DNA of 63,812 nucleotides, filler included, from Octopus bimaculoides (lineage: Eukaryota), in assembly GCF_001194135.2 (NCBI RefSeq). It is 11 parts of 11 records of this genome, joined end to end, with 100 filler letters (N's around TTAATTAATTAA, not from the genome) between each part and the next. Parts side by side here need not be neighbours in the genome. Positions count along the whole stretch, not along the records: positions 1 to 20,580 come from NC_068993.1; 10 more parts are not named here. One strand, 5' to 3'. The notes below the pieces were generated by a model. It was not told where the DNA came from. It worked only from the letters and a program-made list of their open reading frames with translations, and did not search any database. The translations under genes were made by a program, and so were the position numbers. This document shows, piece after piece, positions 1-12,150 of this stretch (its first letter is position 1; every line of letters begins with the position of its first letter).

Positions 1-149
1 TGTGTATAGGGAGAGAGGTGGGGAGAGACAGTGAGGGAGATGTATGCACGTATGTATGCATATATGTATTTTGTATGCACGTGTGTACCAAATCTCATTC
101 GCTATTCATGTGGTTTATTACGCGCACACACACGTATATTTTATAGAAC

Positions 150-188
<39 letters not shown>

Positions 189-654
189 TGTGAGTGTATG
201 TGTATACATACATCCATACATCCATACATACATACATACATACATACATGTGTTTATGTAAGTATGCATGTATGCAAGCAAGTATGTGTACACATAATGT
301 GTGTATATTTTGTATGTATTGTCTATCAATATTTGTGCCATGTTTTTCATTTTTCATTTTATTTTTTGTCTAAACTTTTCTATTTTCAAAAACAAATGAA
401 CGTGAGAGAGAAAGAGATCTGAAGTCTATCTGTATCCCGTACACGTTCACTGCTCTACTCATCTCTGTGGCTGCCTCCTTCACCGCTAAGGGCTTCAAGA
501 CAGTGTATACATGGGGGTGGGGGGGGGGAAATATAGACGGCGAATGGCAGCCGAGAGTATTGAGTGACACCGAAAATCCGCCTACCCCTACCTGTTTCCT
601 CTTTATTCCCACTGCACAGCTTTCTTTTCGAGTTCTCTCTCTTCTCTTCTAGCC

Positions 655-663
655 CTCTCTCTT

Positions 664-753
<90 letters not shown>

Positions 754-883
754 CTAGCTGTCTGTCTTTGTCTCTGTTCTAGCTCTCTCTCTCTCTCTCT
801 CTCTCTCCCTCTCTCTGTTTTAGCTGTCTGTCTCTGTCCCTGTACTAGCTCTCTCTCTGTCACTCTCTCTGTCACTGTTCTAG

Positions 884-918
<35 letters not shown>

Positions 919-967
919 TTTTCTTTCTTTCTTTCTTTCTCTGTCTCTCTCTCTCTCTCTGTACTAG

Positions 968-998
<31 letters not shown>

Positions 999-1200
999 CT
1001 AGCTCTCTCTCTCTCTGTCACTCTCTTTTTCACTGTTCTAGCTTTCTTTCTTTCTTTCTTTCTCTCTCCCTCTCTCTCTGTCATTTTTCTAGCTTTCTCT
1101 CTGCCTCTGTTCTAACTCTCTCTCTCTGTTCCAGCTCTCTCTCTCTCTCTCTCCCTGTTCTAGCTCTCTCACTACTGTAGCTCTCTCTCTCTCCTAACTC
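655..1200. repeat. Complex (CT)n/(CTTT)n array punctuated by GT(T/A)CTAG nodes
   Basis: Direct reading: CT runs repeatedly interrupted by gttctag/gtactag/gtcact. Confidence 0.9.
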
Positions 1201-1497
1201 ACTCGCTTTCCTCCTCCTCCTCACCCTCCCAGTCTCTCTCTATCTCACCAGCTCCGTCCTTCTCTCACCTTCCCTCTCTCTATCCCCCCCTAACCTTTTC
1301 AATTTGTTAACCGTTCCTGCAATCTTCTCCCACATCGAAAAATATACAAACAAAAAAACATATTAAAAAGCAAAGCAAATAAATGGTAAGAAAAAGTCGA
1401 ATAAAAAGAAAGAAATCGCAAGACGGTGCCGAGTCGACTAAGATTTGTGCCAGCTGTGACTACTGGTGATAGCTTGCATCGTCCTGTGCTCAATGTA

Positions 1498-1554
1498 GCA
1501 GTAGTAGTAGTAGTAGTAATAGTAGTAGTGGTGGTAGTGGTGGTGGTGGTGGTG

Positions 1555-1586
<32 letters not shown>

Positions 1587-1691
1587 GGTAGGAGCAGCAG
1601 GTCCTTTACGCAAGTGTTAGTAGTAATAGTCAAGAGAAAGAGAATGATAACGATGATGATGATGATGATGATGACGATGTTGACGACAACA

Positions 1692-1728
<37 letters not shown>

Positions 1729-1745
1729 CGATGTTGACGACAACA

Positions 1746-1794
<49 letters not shown>

Positions 1795-1880
1795 GGATGA
1801 TGATGATGATGATGACGACGATGACAACGATGATGATAAGGATGAGGATGAGAGGAGGAAGTGGAGGAGAAGGAGAAGGG
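1498..1880. repeat. Compound trinucleotide microsatellite (GTA, GTG, GTC, GAT, GAG)
   Basis: Direct reading; it produces the poly-T/V/M/I/S ORFs in the track. Confidence 0.95.
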
Positions 1881-2048
1881 GTCGCAAGAGTAACAGAAAA
1901 CAAAACAAAAAAAACATGAAATCTGGGGATATGTAGAAGTACTGAAAGCAAAATTGTAGACTAAAATAAAATAACGTCAGCAGCAGCAACAACAACGACA
2001 ACAACAACAGCTTCTAACATAGACACACCACCACTCTTCGGCGAGAGT

Positions 2049-2050
<2 letters not shown>

Positions 2051-2118
<68 letters not shown>

Positions 2119-2156
2119 CATTATGATTATGATTATTATTATTATTGTTATTATTA

Positions 2157-2215
<59 letters not shown>
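2051..2215. repeat. (TTA)n / (TAA)n microsatellite
   Basis: About 55 near-perfect units, directly abutting the R4/Dong-like 3' end. Confidence 0.95.
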
Positions 2216-3900
2216 GAGCCCAATATACCCATCATGACTACCCGTCCAACAAGGGTACACCAGGCACATGCCACACAACCATATGTGCGCGACATGGTGT
2301 TCTCATTTCAAGATAAACAGCGCATGACCTTGCAGGTGGGGACCTAGTTAGAATTTTCTTTAGGTTGAATAACCCATCCCGCTCAAAAGGTCCCCGAGTT
2401 GTTTAAGGATGTTGAACAAGACACCCATGTTTCCATGGGGTGAATTTCTCAAACCCCCCAAAATTCCTCTCAACACATGGTTATGATTTCCAGTTGCCTT
2501 AAGAAGGTTTGAAGTTTCAATAGGATTGGGCCCAACGCTCAGATCACCGCTGGTATCACTTTTACATTACCCTCTCGCAATCCATACAGTCTTACCATTT
2601 CCACTTTCAACTCGGAGTACTTGGTGATTTTTTCAGCCTCTTTACTCACAACATTCATGTCATTTGGTATGGCTACATCAATGATTTGACAGTATTTGTC
2701 TCTCTTATTCAACATGACAATATCCAGCCGACAGTGTTCGATTACACGATCTGTCTGAAAATCATGATCCCAGAGTATCTTTACTTTTCCATCCTCATGC
2801 ATGACTTTACTTGGTACATGCTCATACCAGTCCTCTCTTACTTCATATTGGTATTTCCGGCATAAGAGCCAGTGAAGATACATACACACTTTATCGTGGC
2901 AACGCTTGTATTCTTTTTGTACAAGGCTCTCACATCCACTTACTAAGTGGGTCACATTTTCCACACTCTTTCCACTAAGTCTGCATTTCTGGGTGTTAGA
3001 AATTTTATAGATGCCATACTTCACTGAATTGCTAGCGAGAACCTGGTCCTGTGCAGCAATGATCAGGCTTTCGGTGGTATGCTTCAAATCACCTCGCTCA
3101 AGTCATGCCCACGATGCTATATTATCCCTTACGTCTTGTGTATTCCTTTGAAACTGTCCATGCATTCTCATTTCAAGAAGGTCTTCTTTTCTCTTCTCCT
3201 CAGCTCTTTGGTTAAACTCTTCCTTGCCCATCATTTCATCTGCATTTACACCCATATCTTTCACAGCATATTACAGCAGATAATTCATCACTATCTATCA
3301 AATACTCGGCAAGCGTTCTCCTTTTGCTCCTTATACAATGGTCTATACTAATTAGTCATCTGCCACCATTTTTTTGTTTCATATACATTCTGTTTACGCT
3401 GGCTTTAGGGTATAGCGCCCCTTGCAGCGTCATCACCTTTCTCGTCCTTCTATCCAGTGTTGATATTTCCTCTTTAGTCCATTTGAGGATGGACGCACTA
3501 TATCTGACCACCGTAACTGCCCAGATATTTATTGCAGCAATCAGATTTTTGGCATTCAGGTTGGATTTCATACCATCTTCACCCTTTTTTGATGAGCCTC
3601 GCTGACCTTGACTGTCATTTCTCTGTGTAGAATGTCATCCAGCTCCGAAATCCCTAAATATCTGTACCCATTACCGTCGGGTTTACCCTTGGTCTCACCT
3701 GATGGTAACTGCAATCCTCTGCAGGATGCTTTTTTCCCTCTTTTCATATTAAGTATTGAGTATTTGGTAATCCAAAATTCCATACCGATGTCCCTACCAC
3801 ACTTCTGGACTGTTTTGGTTAAGGAATCTATCTGTTTTTCAGATTTCCTAAAACGACTTCAGGTCATCCATAAACAGAATATGGTTCAATGATGGGCCTT
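2216..3900 (-). mobile_element. R4/Dong-like RLE non-LTR retrotransposon, 3' part (RT C-terminus, CCHC, RLE, probable 3' UTR), pseudogenised
   Basis: Minus-strand translation: LNHILFMDDL (RT catalytic motif), YRYLGI, AINIWAVTVVRYSA..LDRRTRKVMT..GALYPKASVNRMY..GGR, CRLSGKSVENVTHLVSGC (CCHC, one C lost), RCHDKV, KILWDHDFQTDRVIEHCRLDIV..IIDVAIPND..KEAEKITKY (RLE). Stops and frameshifts present. 2216-2487 is non-coding and ends at (TAA)n. Confidence 0.9.
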
Positions 3901-4009
3901 ACTTCCCACATCGGTAACCTATCTTAACTTTCCTACGTCATTGTTATGGGTATTAGTGCAATTACATTAATGCAATTACAAATAGTAACGGAGGAAACGA
4001 GTCACCGAC

Positions 4010-4550
4010 GTGATGAATGATCCAGAAGAAAAAATCCCCATAAATATGAAAAAGGTAGATAGGAGCATGATAAATAAAGTAACACAAAAGAAAAATACTG
4101 TCATACCATACATCCAGACGGAGGACATAACACAAACTAGGAATCTTCTCCGAGCTATTGCGCTACTTCTTGAGAAGAGATTACAACCTAAGAGAACAAA
4201 AATGGTGGAGCAAAAGAACTATGCTAGAAACGACACATTGAAAAGGACATAATGTGGGCAAGGCAAGATCTAGGGAAAATGGTTAAGAAGAAACTGGAAA
4301 AATGGGAAAAAGACCGACCGAGAGAAGAAATATAAAATACGGGAGAACGAGTTTGATGCAGTAATAAAGCAGTTAAAACAGAGCATCTTAGCAAAAAGCC
4401 AGAAGACCAGAAGATTTGTGAACAGAAATAAGCAGTTCGATGGGAGCAGATTGTTTTAAAATAACCCGAAGCAATTCTTCCGAACGTTAGAAGGAGACAA
4501 TAGGGAAAATGTTGCTCCTGATGCAAATCAAGCCAAGGAGTTCTGCATAA
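4010..4550 (+). mobile_element. R4/Dong-like ORF, pre-RT N-terminal segment (opposite strand to 2216-3900)
   Basis: Translation KIRENEFDAVIKQLKQSILAKSQKTRRFVNRNKQF..RLF*NNPKQFFRTLEGDNRENVAPDANQAKEF matches the 'LKQR..A...RRY..R..QF.QNRLF..N.K.FYR.L' segment that precedes RT in R4-clade ORFs. Confidence 0.7.
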
Positions 4551-4611
4551 AAGGGATGCAATGCGAATGGGAACTATCAAGACAGAATTACAGGGAGGAA
4601 AGAAACAAAGG

Positions 4612-5148
4612 AATTGAGTTCTCAGAGTTTGTTCCTGGGCACTGCAAATATACGAAACCCAGTATACCCATCATGACCACCCGTCTAACAAGCGTACACC
4701 AGGCACATGCATCACAACCGTATGTGCGCGACATGATGATCTCATATCAAGATAAACAGCGAATGACCTTGCAGGTGGTGTCCAATTAGAATTTTCTTCA
4801 GGTATAGTAGCCCATCTCGCTCAAAAGGTCCTCGAATAAGGGTTGTTTAAGGATAATGAGCGAAACACCCATGTTTACAGCGGTGAATTATTCAAATCTC
4901 AAATAATTTCTCTCAACACATGACTATGATGTTCCACCACTACTCCTGATCAGAGTTACGCCTTATGTCAACCACTAAGAGACATGCTCTACTGGTTAAG
5001 GTCAAGCAGCTGACAAGCAAATCTGTGATACTGAACAGAATATTTGCTGTAGCCCATCTTTTATACGAAAACAAAACATGTACATGATAACACTTCCACT
5101 GAGGTCAAAAGCCATGAGAGCCACTGCCTGGTACTGCATCAGGGCATT
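4612..5148 (-). repeat. ~540-bp interspersed repeat bounded by (TAA)n; probably R4/Dong 3' UTR-derived
   Basis: 4658-4930 is clearly homologous to 2219-2487; abuts (TTA)n at 5147-5178. Confidence 0.6.
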
Positions 5149-5196
5149 TATTATTATTATGTTTATGATTATTATAAAGTTGTAGTACTATAATGG

Positions 5197-5251
<55 letters not shown>

Positions 5252-5261
5252 CAGCAGCAAT

Positions 5262-5329
<68 letters not shown>

Positions 5330-5335
5330 CAGTAG
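5197..5335. repeat. (TAG)n/(CAG)n microsatellite
   Basis: Direct reading. Confidence 0.95.
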
Positions 5336-5904
5336 NNNNNNNNNNGTAGTATAGAAGTGGATAGTCATATGCTACCTTATTTTTGTTGCTGTTGTGCTGC
5401 TGCTGCTGCTGCTAATGATGATGGTGATGATGAGGGGGAGAAGGAGGAGGAGGAGGAGGAGGAGGAGGAGGAGGTCCGAATCTATGCCATATCTGATCCA
5501 GTAGATCCTATGGTCAAAAGCGTGGCAGCCATGATCCCCTTATCTTTTGTCAAATGCAGAATATGTCTTGGAGCTATTCCTACAAGATCGATCAACTATG
5601 TTTAGTTAAAATAAATATATGTAACTGAATAAATAAACTTGTTGTTTGAGACGATCGAAGGAATATGAGAAGTAAAACTTGTGGTCAGTTAAATCCGTGA
5701 CGTTGAATCTGTTCTTTGTTGAAACCACTTAACATCATCTACATTCGTTATTAAAGTAGAAGGAACATTTTTGTGGCCACTCAACTTGTTAGAAATACCA
5801 GCTCAATTTCTCTGAAAATGCTCAAAATACTTCCAAAGGACACATCGGATGACATAATTCTAGACTATTATGTAAACAAAAAATACTGCTTTCATATTTT
5901 ACAT

Positions 5905-6073
5905 ACAAAGCCAGCAATTTCGGGGAAGGGATAAGTCGATTACATCGACCCAAGTACTCAGCTGGTACTTATTCTATCGGTCTCGGTGGAGTTTGAACTC
6001 CGCACGCGAAGATGGATGAAATACCTCTAAGCATTTCGCCCGGCGAGCTAAAGATTCTGCCAGCTCGCCGCCC
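5905..6073 (-). mobile_element. tRNA-derived SINE, family A (head AAGGCGGCGAGCTGGCAGAA..GAGTTCAAATTCCGCC)
   Basis: Reverse complement matches the family A copies at 35941 and 57733; internally deleted. Confidence 0.8.
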
Positions 6074-6384
6074 AATATGAACAAAGGATATTAAAAAAAA
6101 GAAGACGAAATAAATGGAAAAGAAAAGAAAAACGCAAGCTGGTGCGATTCGACTAAAGTTTGTGCCAGCTGCAACTCCTTGCGCTGTCCCTGTACACTAA
6201 TTTATCGATTAGTCAAGAGGGAGAAGCAACGTCCACAACCTTACTACTGCCTCCGAATCTGATTTAAAAGAAGAAAGGTTCCCTGAAGAGGGAGATCTGA
6301 CCTGAATGCATGCAGCAAAGCGGATCCGTAAAAGGCATCCAAGAACATTTGGTGGTGCTGAAGTAGGCAATAGAGTAATTCTAC

Positions 6385-6962
6385 TCTCCATATACTAAAA
6401 AGCAAAAACCCATGCGTTCCCGTCGCGACACTGATTCTGCAGAGCTGGGTTGGGCGTGAAAACCAACTTTAATGTATAAATATAGATTTTTTTGCATCAG
6501 TAATGTTGCGTTCGATTAAGTCCTATTTGGGGTGAAAAATCAATAAACTGATTCCTTATGGGGTTGTCCATTCAATCAGGATGAAAAATCGATAAACCGA
6601 TTCCTTATACAATTTCCCACTAAAATTGGCTACACCCCATTTTCAACCATAACTCTTATCAGTTGTGACGTATTTTGTTTAAACTTGATGCCGACATTAC
6701 TTAGAACTCATGGGATCTTTGAATGCTTTAAGTTCTCAAAAAAAAAAAGAAAAAATCTATGAGTGAAAAAATCTTTCAATAGATTCCTTATGGGATTTCC
6801 CAATCAAATTGTCTGCAACCCATTTTCAGCCAAACGTTTACCAATTTCAACGGATTTCGCTCAAATTTGATGTCGGTGTAACTTAGTTTGGTCTGAAACA
6901 AAACGCTTGATTAGCTTAATAACCTTAACTTAATCCCGGGCAACGACGGGCTATACTGCTAG
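6385..6962 (+). mobile_element. Non-autonomous Helitron
   Basis: 3' hairpin CCCGGGCAACGACGGG (6935-6950) followed by CTAG|T (6959-6963); plausible 5' TC(C)ATATACTAAAAAG at ~6385-6387; three internal TGAAAAA..GATTCCTTAT repeats. Confidence 0.7.
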
Positions 6963-7472
6963 TCAACAATATAGTTGAGCAAAAAAATACACAGGCGAAT
7001 GGTTCTCAACCGCATTGTCTACATTTTCCAAAAATTTTAATTGGCTACTAATATTTGAGTTAACTCCCTTGTTGTTTTTAGATTTTTAAACAAACCTAGT
7101 GGGAGTCCTTACCTTCTTGGATAACATCAGTTAATAGAAGATTTTTCAACCAATTATATTATTATTATATATATCAGAGTCAACAGCATGTGTATAAAGC
7201 TTGCGGGCCACTCCCATGAGGCAACTTCCCTCTGGCTTTGTTGCTAAATAGAAGCACTTTGTTTAACTGTTACGCAATGGACGTGGGGTTACGTTTCCCG
7301 TCACTTGGTTCATTGTTCATCGTTTAGTTCAATCTCAATTTGTTGATAAAAATCTTAGCTATCGAGTTTATAACGAACATATATTATGTGTCAGCAGACA
7401 TGCGTACATACATGCATGCATGCATACATACATACGTACATACGTACATACGTACATACATACACATGTGTG

Positions 7473-7527
<55 letters not shown>

Positions 7528-8455
7528 NNNNNNNNNNNNNNNNNNNNNNNNNNNNNNNNNNNNNNNNNNNNNNNNNNNNNNNNNNNNNNNNNNNNNNNNN
7601 NNNNNNNNNNNNNNNNNNNNNNNNNNNNNNNNNNNNNNNNNNNNNNNNNNNNNNNNNNNNNNNNNNNNNNNNNNNNNNNNNNNNNNNNNNNNNNNNNNNN
7701 NNNNNNNNNNNNNNNNNNNNNNNNNNNNNNNNNNNNNNNNNNNNNNNNNNNNNNNNNNNNNNNNNNNNNNNNNNNNNNNNNNNNNNNNNNNNNNNNNNNN
7801 NNNNNNNNNNNNNNNNNNNNNNNNNNNNNNNNNNNNNNNNNNNNNNNNNNNNNNNNNNNNNNNNNNNNNNNNNNNNNNNNNNNNNNNNNNNNNNNNNNNN
7901 NNNNNNNNNNNNNNNNNNNNNNNNNNNNNNNNNNNNNNNNNNNNNNNNNNNNNNNNNNNNNNNNNNNNNNNNNNNNNNNNNNNNNNNNNNNNNNNNNNNN
8001 NNNNNNNNNNNNNNNNNNNNNNNNNNNNNNNNNNNNNNNNNNNNNNNNNNNNNNNNNNNNNNNNNNNNNNNNNNNNNNNNNNNNNNNNNNNNNNNNNNNN
8101 NNNNNNNNNNNNNNNNNNNNNNNNNNNNNNNNNNNNNNNNNNNNNNNNNNNNNNNNNNNNNNNNNNNNNNNNNNNNNNNNNNNNNNNNNNNNNNNNNNNN
8201 NNNNNNNNNNNNNNNNNNNNNNNNNNNNNNNNNNNNNNNNNNNNNNNNNNNNNNNNNNNNNNNNNNNNNNNNNNNNNNNNNNNNNNNNNNNNNNNNNNNN
8301 NNNNNNNNNNNNNNNNNNNNNNNNNNNNNNNNNNNNNNNNNNNNNNNNNNNNNNNNNNNNNNNNNNNNNNNNNNNNNNNNNNNNNNNNNNNNNNNNNNNN
8401 NNNNNNNNNNNNNNNNNNNNNNNNNNNNNNNNNNNNNNNNNNNNNNNNNNNNNNA

Positions 8456-8495
8456 GGCGACTCGAGTTTCAGGGCTATTTCCCTTCGTCATGGCC
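8456..8495 (-). ncRNA. Minimal type I hammerhead ribozyme motif (one extra A in core), Penelope-like terminus
   Basis: Minus strand: GGC C(A)UGACGA AGGG-AAAUAG-CCCU GAAAC UCGA GUC GCC. Stem I GGC/GCC, 4-bp stem II, palindromic stem III ACUCGAGU, GUC site. Confidence 0.75.
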
Positions 8496-8748
8496 GGTAT
8501 GACAGACTTTAAACATATATATATATATATAAATGTATATATTTATATACATACATACTTATATACATACATACATATACACATGCACATACACATATGC
8601 ATGTATATATGCGAATGTATTGTGTGTGCGTATGTAAGAACACGTAAACACACATACACATACACACACATACACCGACACTAACACACATATGCACCTG
8701 CTCGTGTGAGAGCGTGTAATTTTATGATCACACGAGTGCAGGTGTGTG

Positions 8749-8791
<43 letters not shown>

Positions 8792-8801
8792 NNNNNNNNN
8801 N

Positions 8802-8847
<46 letters not shown>

Positions 8848-8866
8848 TTTCAAAATATGTGTACAT

Positions 8867-8909
<43 letters not shown>

Positions 8910-10032
8910 GCATGTTTATATACGTATATATACATATATTTACAAACAATAGTATGACTAAACACACGCACATATACACACACAGATATGTGTGTATGTG
9001 TCTATGTATTTATTTTTTAAATTATGTGTATATACACACATACGTGTTTGTGTATGGTGTGAGTAAAGAAAGAACGGTAAAACTCGATGTAAAACACGAT
9101 GTATAAAAAAAATTCAGTTGTGTATAGAACTCAATATTAGATTATATAAAATAGACTATAATTTTTTTTTATATCATGGTCAAATTAAATCGAGTACGGG
9201 AAATAGCTGAAAGATTTACCAATCAAATGAAGAAATGAAACAATTTTATTTTTCTGTACAGCATAAACTACAAAATTCGTTGACTAAGCATTTTAAACAA
9301 TAGAAATCTTGTTGACGTTACCGGAACGACGTTACGTAATACCGTCTGTCAGTCGTTCACTCACATGTCTTTTTGATGTATGACGAGTAAAAAGAGAATA
9401 TTTTCTTTATTGCTGATCAATGACGAACTTCTTTTTTTTTCCGTTAAGAAAGAGATGCTTGAGTTAAGTGCGCGTGTAATGTTTGGATTTTAGTCTTTAA
9501 GTAATCAAAATATTTTGATTGTGACGACAAAAACAGATATCAGTTCTAAATATTTAGGAAAAAAAAAAGTATATTCATTTACTCTCGTTTACACTCCCAA
9601 ACTCCCAAACGCTTGCAGTCACCCAGCCACCTGGAACACTGTCCTTTACGATTTGCCAATTCTGACCGTTTTTCTTTTATTGCTTTCTCCACAAGCTTTT
9701 TACCACACAGTCATGCCTGCGCCAATTGTATGTATATACTATATATATATATANNNNNNNNNNNNNNNNNNNNNNNNNNNNNNNNNNNNNNNNNNNNNNN
9801 NNNNNNNNNNNNNNNNNNNNNNNNNNNNNNNNNNNNNNNNNNNNNNNNNNNNNNNNNNNNNNNNNNNNNNNNNNNNNNNNNNNNNNNNNNNNNNNNNNNN
9901 NNNNNNNNNNNNNNNNNNNNNNNNNNNNNNNNNNNNNNNNNNNNNNNNNNNNNNNNNNNNNNNNNNNNNNNNNNNNNNNNNNNNNNNNNNNNNNNNNNNN
10001 NNNNNNNNNNNNNNNNNNNNNNNNNNNNNNNN

Positions 10033-10073
<41 letters not shown>

Positions 10074-10860
10074 TCACATCATTGTTACATAGCCCTTTCT
10101 TTCACACTGTATCATGATTTTGTCAATTTGATGTCACATCATTCTTGCTTTTCCTTTCCTTCACTCTCTCTATCTCTCTTTCCCCCTCTCTCTCTCTCTC
10201 TCCCCCTCTCTATCTCTCTCTCCCTCTCTTCCTCTCTCTTAATCACTGTTTTGTGTTCATGCTTTAAAAACAAGCAGCACTACTTATCCCATTTCTTTCC
10301 TCCTCGCACCACCACCCATTCGTCTTGCGATGTTTGACCTCTCTTTCATTACACATATACACACAAGACAGACTATGATAAGGTGGTTCACTTTCACATC
10401 GGTTCACGTGAACTGTTTGTTGATCTTTCGCTGAACGATGAAAAGAAAAACGACTGGGAAAATTTATGGCCTCACTCAAGCTGCTTAGTCAAATGACTTC
10501 GTCCATCTGCAATTCAGTTGCCTCTTAATTGCTTCAAGTAGAAATTAATCGCTTGTTTACTAATCACTGCTCTAATACAGGAATCCCTTGCATTACAGAA
10601 GCAATGAATTCGTGAAAGATGTTGTCGTAACGCGAAGTTCCGAAATGTGAAATTAACCTTCTTATTGATTTTTATATAATAAGGTCATAATGCGTTCCGA
10701 TGGAATTTTTCGTAAAGGCAACAAAAGACAAGCAATGATAATTTGTAAAAATATTCATTACAATACGTATACATGAAAATATATAAAATGTACATTTTGT
10801 GAGGAGAAATGGCGGAATGAAAGCTACTGGAGTGAGATGAGGGACATTATCTTCTATCTA

Positions 10861-11012
10861 TAGTTCGCTTACCATCCACATGGTTCTGGGTTCAGTCCCA
10901 CTGCGTGGCACCTTGGGCAAGTGTCTTCTACTATAGCCTCGGGCCGACCAAAGCCTTGTGAGTGGATTTGGTGGACGGAAACTGAAAGAAGCCTGTCGTA
11001 TATATGTATATT

Positions 11013-11043
<31 letters not shown>

Positions 11044-11265
11044 GTGTGTATATGTTTGTGTGTCTGTGTTTGTCCCCCCAACATCGCTTGACAACCGATG
11101 GTGGTGTGTTTACGTTCCCGTAACTTAGTGGTTCGGCAAAAGAGACCGATAGAATAAGTACTAGGCATCCAAAGAATAAGTCCTGGGGTCGATTTGTTCG
11201 ACTAATTGCGGTGCTCCAGCATGGCCACAGTCAAATGACTGAAACAAGTAAAAGAGTAAAAGAGT
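10861..11265 (+). mobile_element. tRNA-derived SINE, family B (CORE-like box CACCTTGGGCAAGTGTCTT, internal TA/TG tract, GAGTAAAA tail)
   Basis: Near full-length match to the copy at 62136-62548; B-box-like GGTTCAGTCCC. Confidence 0.85.
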
Positions 11266-11619
11266 ATCTGTTTGAGGAGTGAAGGGGCATCTGTTTCATT
11301 GTGTAACTCAGTGTAGGAACTGAGATCATCCTAAACTCCTCTTGTAATTTGTATGGTACATTGACGGTTTTGTAGCCATTATCAAGAAAAAGATGCAGAT
11401 CTCTCTCTATAAGTACCAGCCATTTAGCAATATTCTTTGCTGTCAATTTAAGAGACGTTAGTAGATTTCCCTATTCTTATCTGTCTTCTCAGTTTTACTT
11501 TTGTTCTAACAGCATCAGCTTCTCTATGGAAAATTGCATCGCCCGCTACTCAATTGCATCACCCGCTATGATTTGCCCAGACTTCATATCATTTTCAAGA
11601 ATCCTATCTTCCTCGAATT

Positions 11620-12150
11620 GAAGACATTCTGCTTTTGGAACACTTGTAAAGTCATGGATAAGGCTCTTCCTCATCCATACTTTCTCATTCAAATTACAAA
11701 TAAGAGGATTTTCAGAGTGATACGTGAGTAGGGACTTTAATTTCACAACACCAGTGGCGTTTCCTCACAAGAGGACTGCCAGATAATTTTTGGAAGCTTT
11801 AATTCCTAGCGCTGATTTTCCGTTTCGAGAAATAAGTGTTCCAAGCGTTAGGCGTTTCCAGAAAATGCCTTACGGTTCCATTGACATTGTATACATGCTC
11901 TGGTGTGTAGCCTCCTCCAGCCATCGTTTTCTTCAGCAACTCAGAATAATAAGTTGCAGTATTTCATGTTTTGGCTATATAGATGTTACTTTTTTTTTTC
12001 TTCCACAGAAAACTTTATTAAGACATCAAGTTTAATATTCAGTATCATCTCTTGATGGCTCCTTTTCGCACTACTTCTTTCAGTTCCACATGATGGTTTC
12101 TCTCCAAACATCTTGAACTTTAGGTGAATCCAGCAGAAGCGGCGATCAGC
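11620..12150 (-). pseudogene. Tigger/pogo-type DDE transposase fragment
   Basis: Translation GGGYTPEHVYNVNGT /fs/ GIFWKRLTLGTLISRNGKSALGIKASKNYLAVLL*GNATGVVKLKSLLTYHSENP..KVWMRKSL, matching Tigger1/TIGD1-type motifs. Boundaries approximate. Confidence 0.8.

Noticed and set aside
4630-4655. Plus-strand reading FLGTANIR resembling an R4 C-terminus
   Set aside because: Too short. The homologous repeat is collinear with the R4 ORF on the minus strand at 2216-2487, which is the simpler reading.
6310-6398. AKRIRKRHPRTFGGAEVGNRVILLSI, faintly like Ginger/KRBA2-type integrase tails
   Set aside because: No catalytic motifs, under 30 aa, and it overlaps the Helitron 5' end.
7340-8684. Long ORFs of 150-430 aa in the track (also near 12.7, 24.8, 34.3, 38.5 and 53 kb)
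   Set aside because: They are N-gap and dinucleotide read-throughs (X runs, YIYI, THTH, CVCV), not genes.
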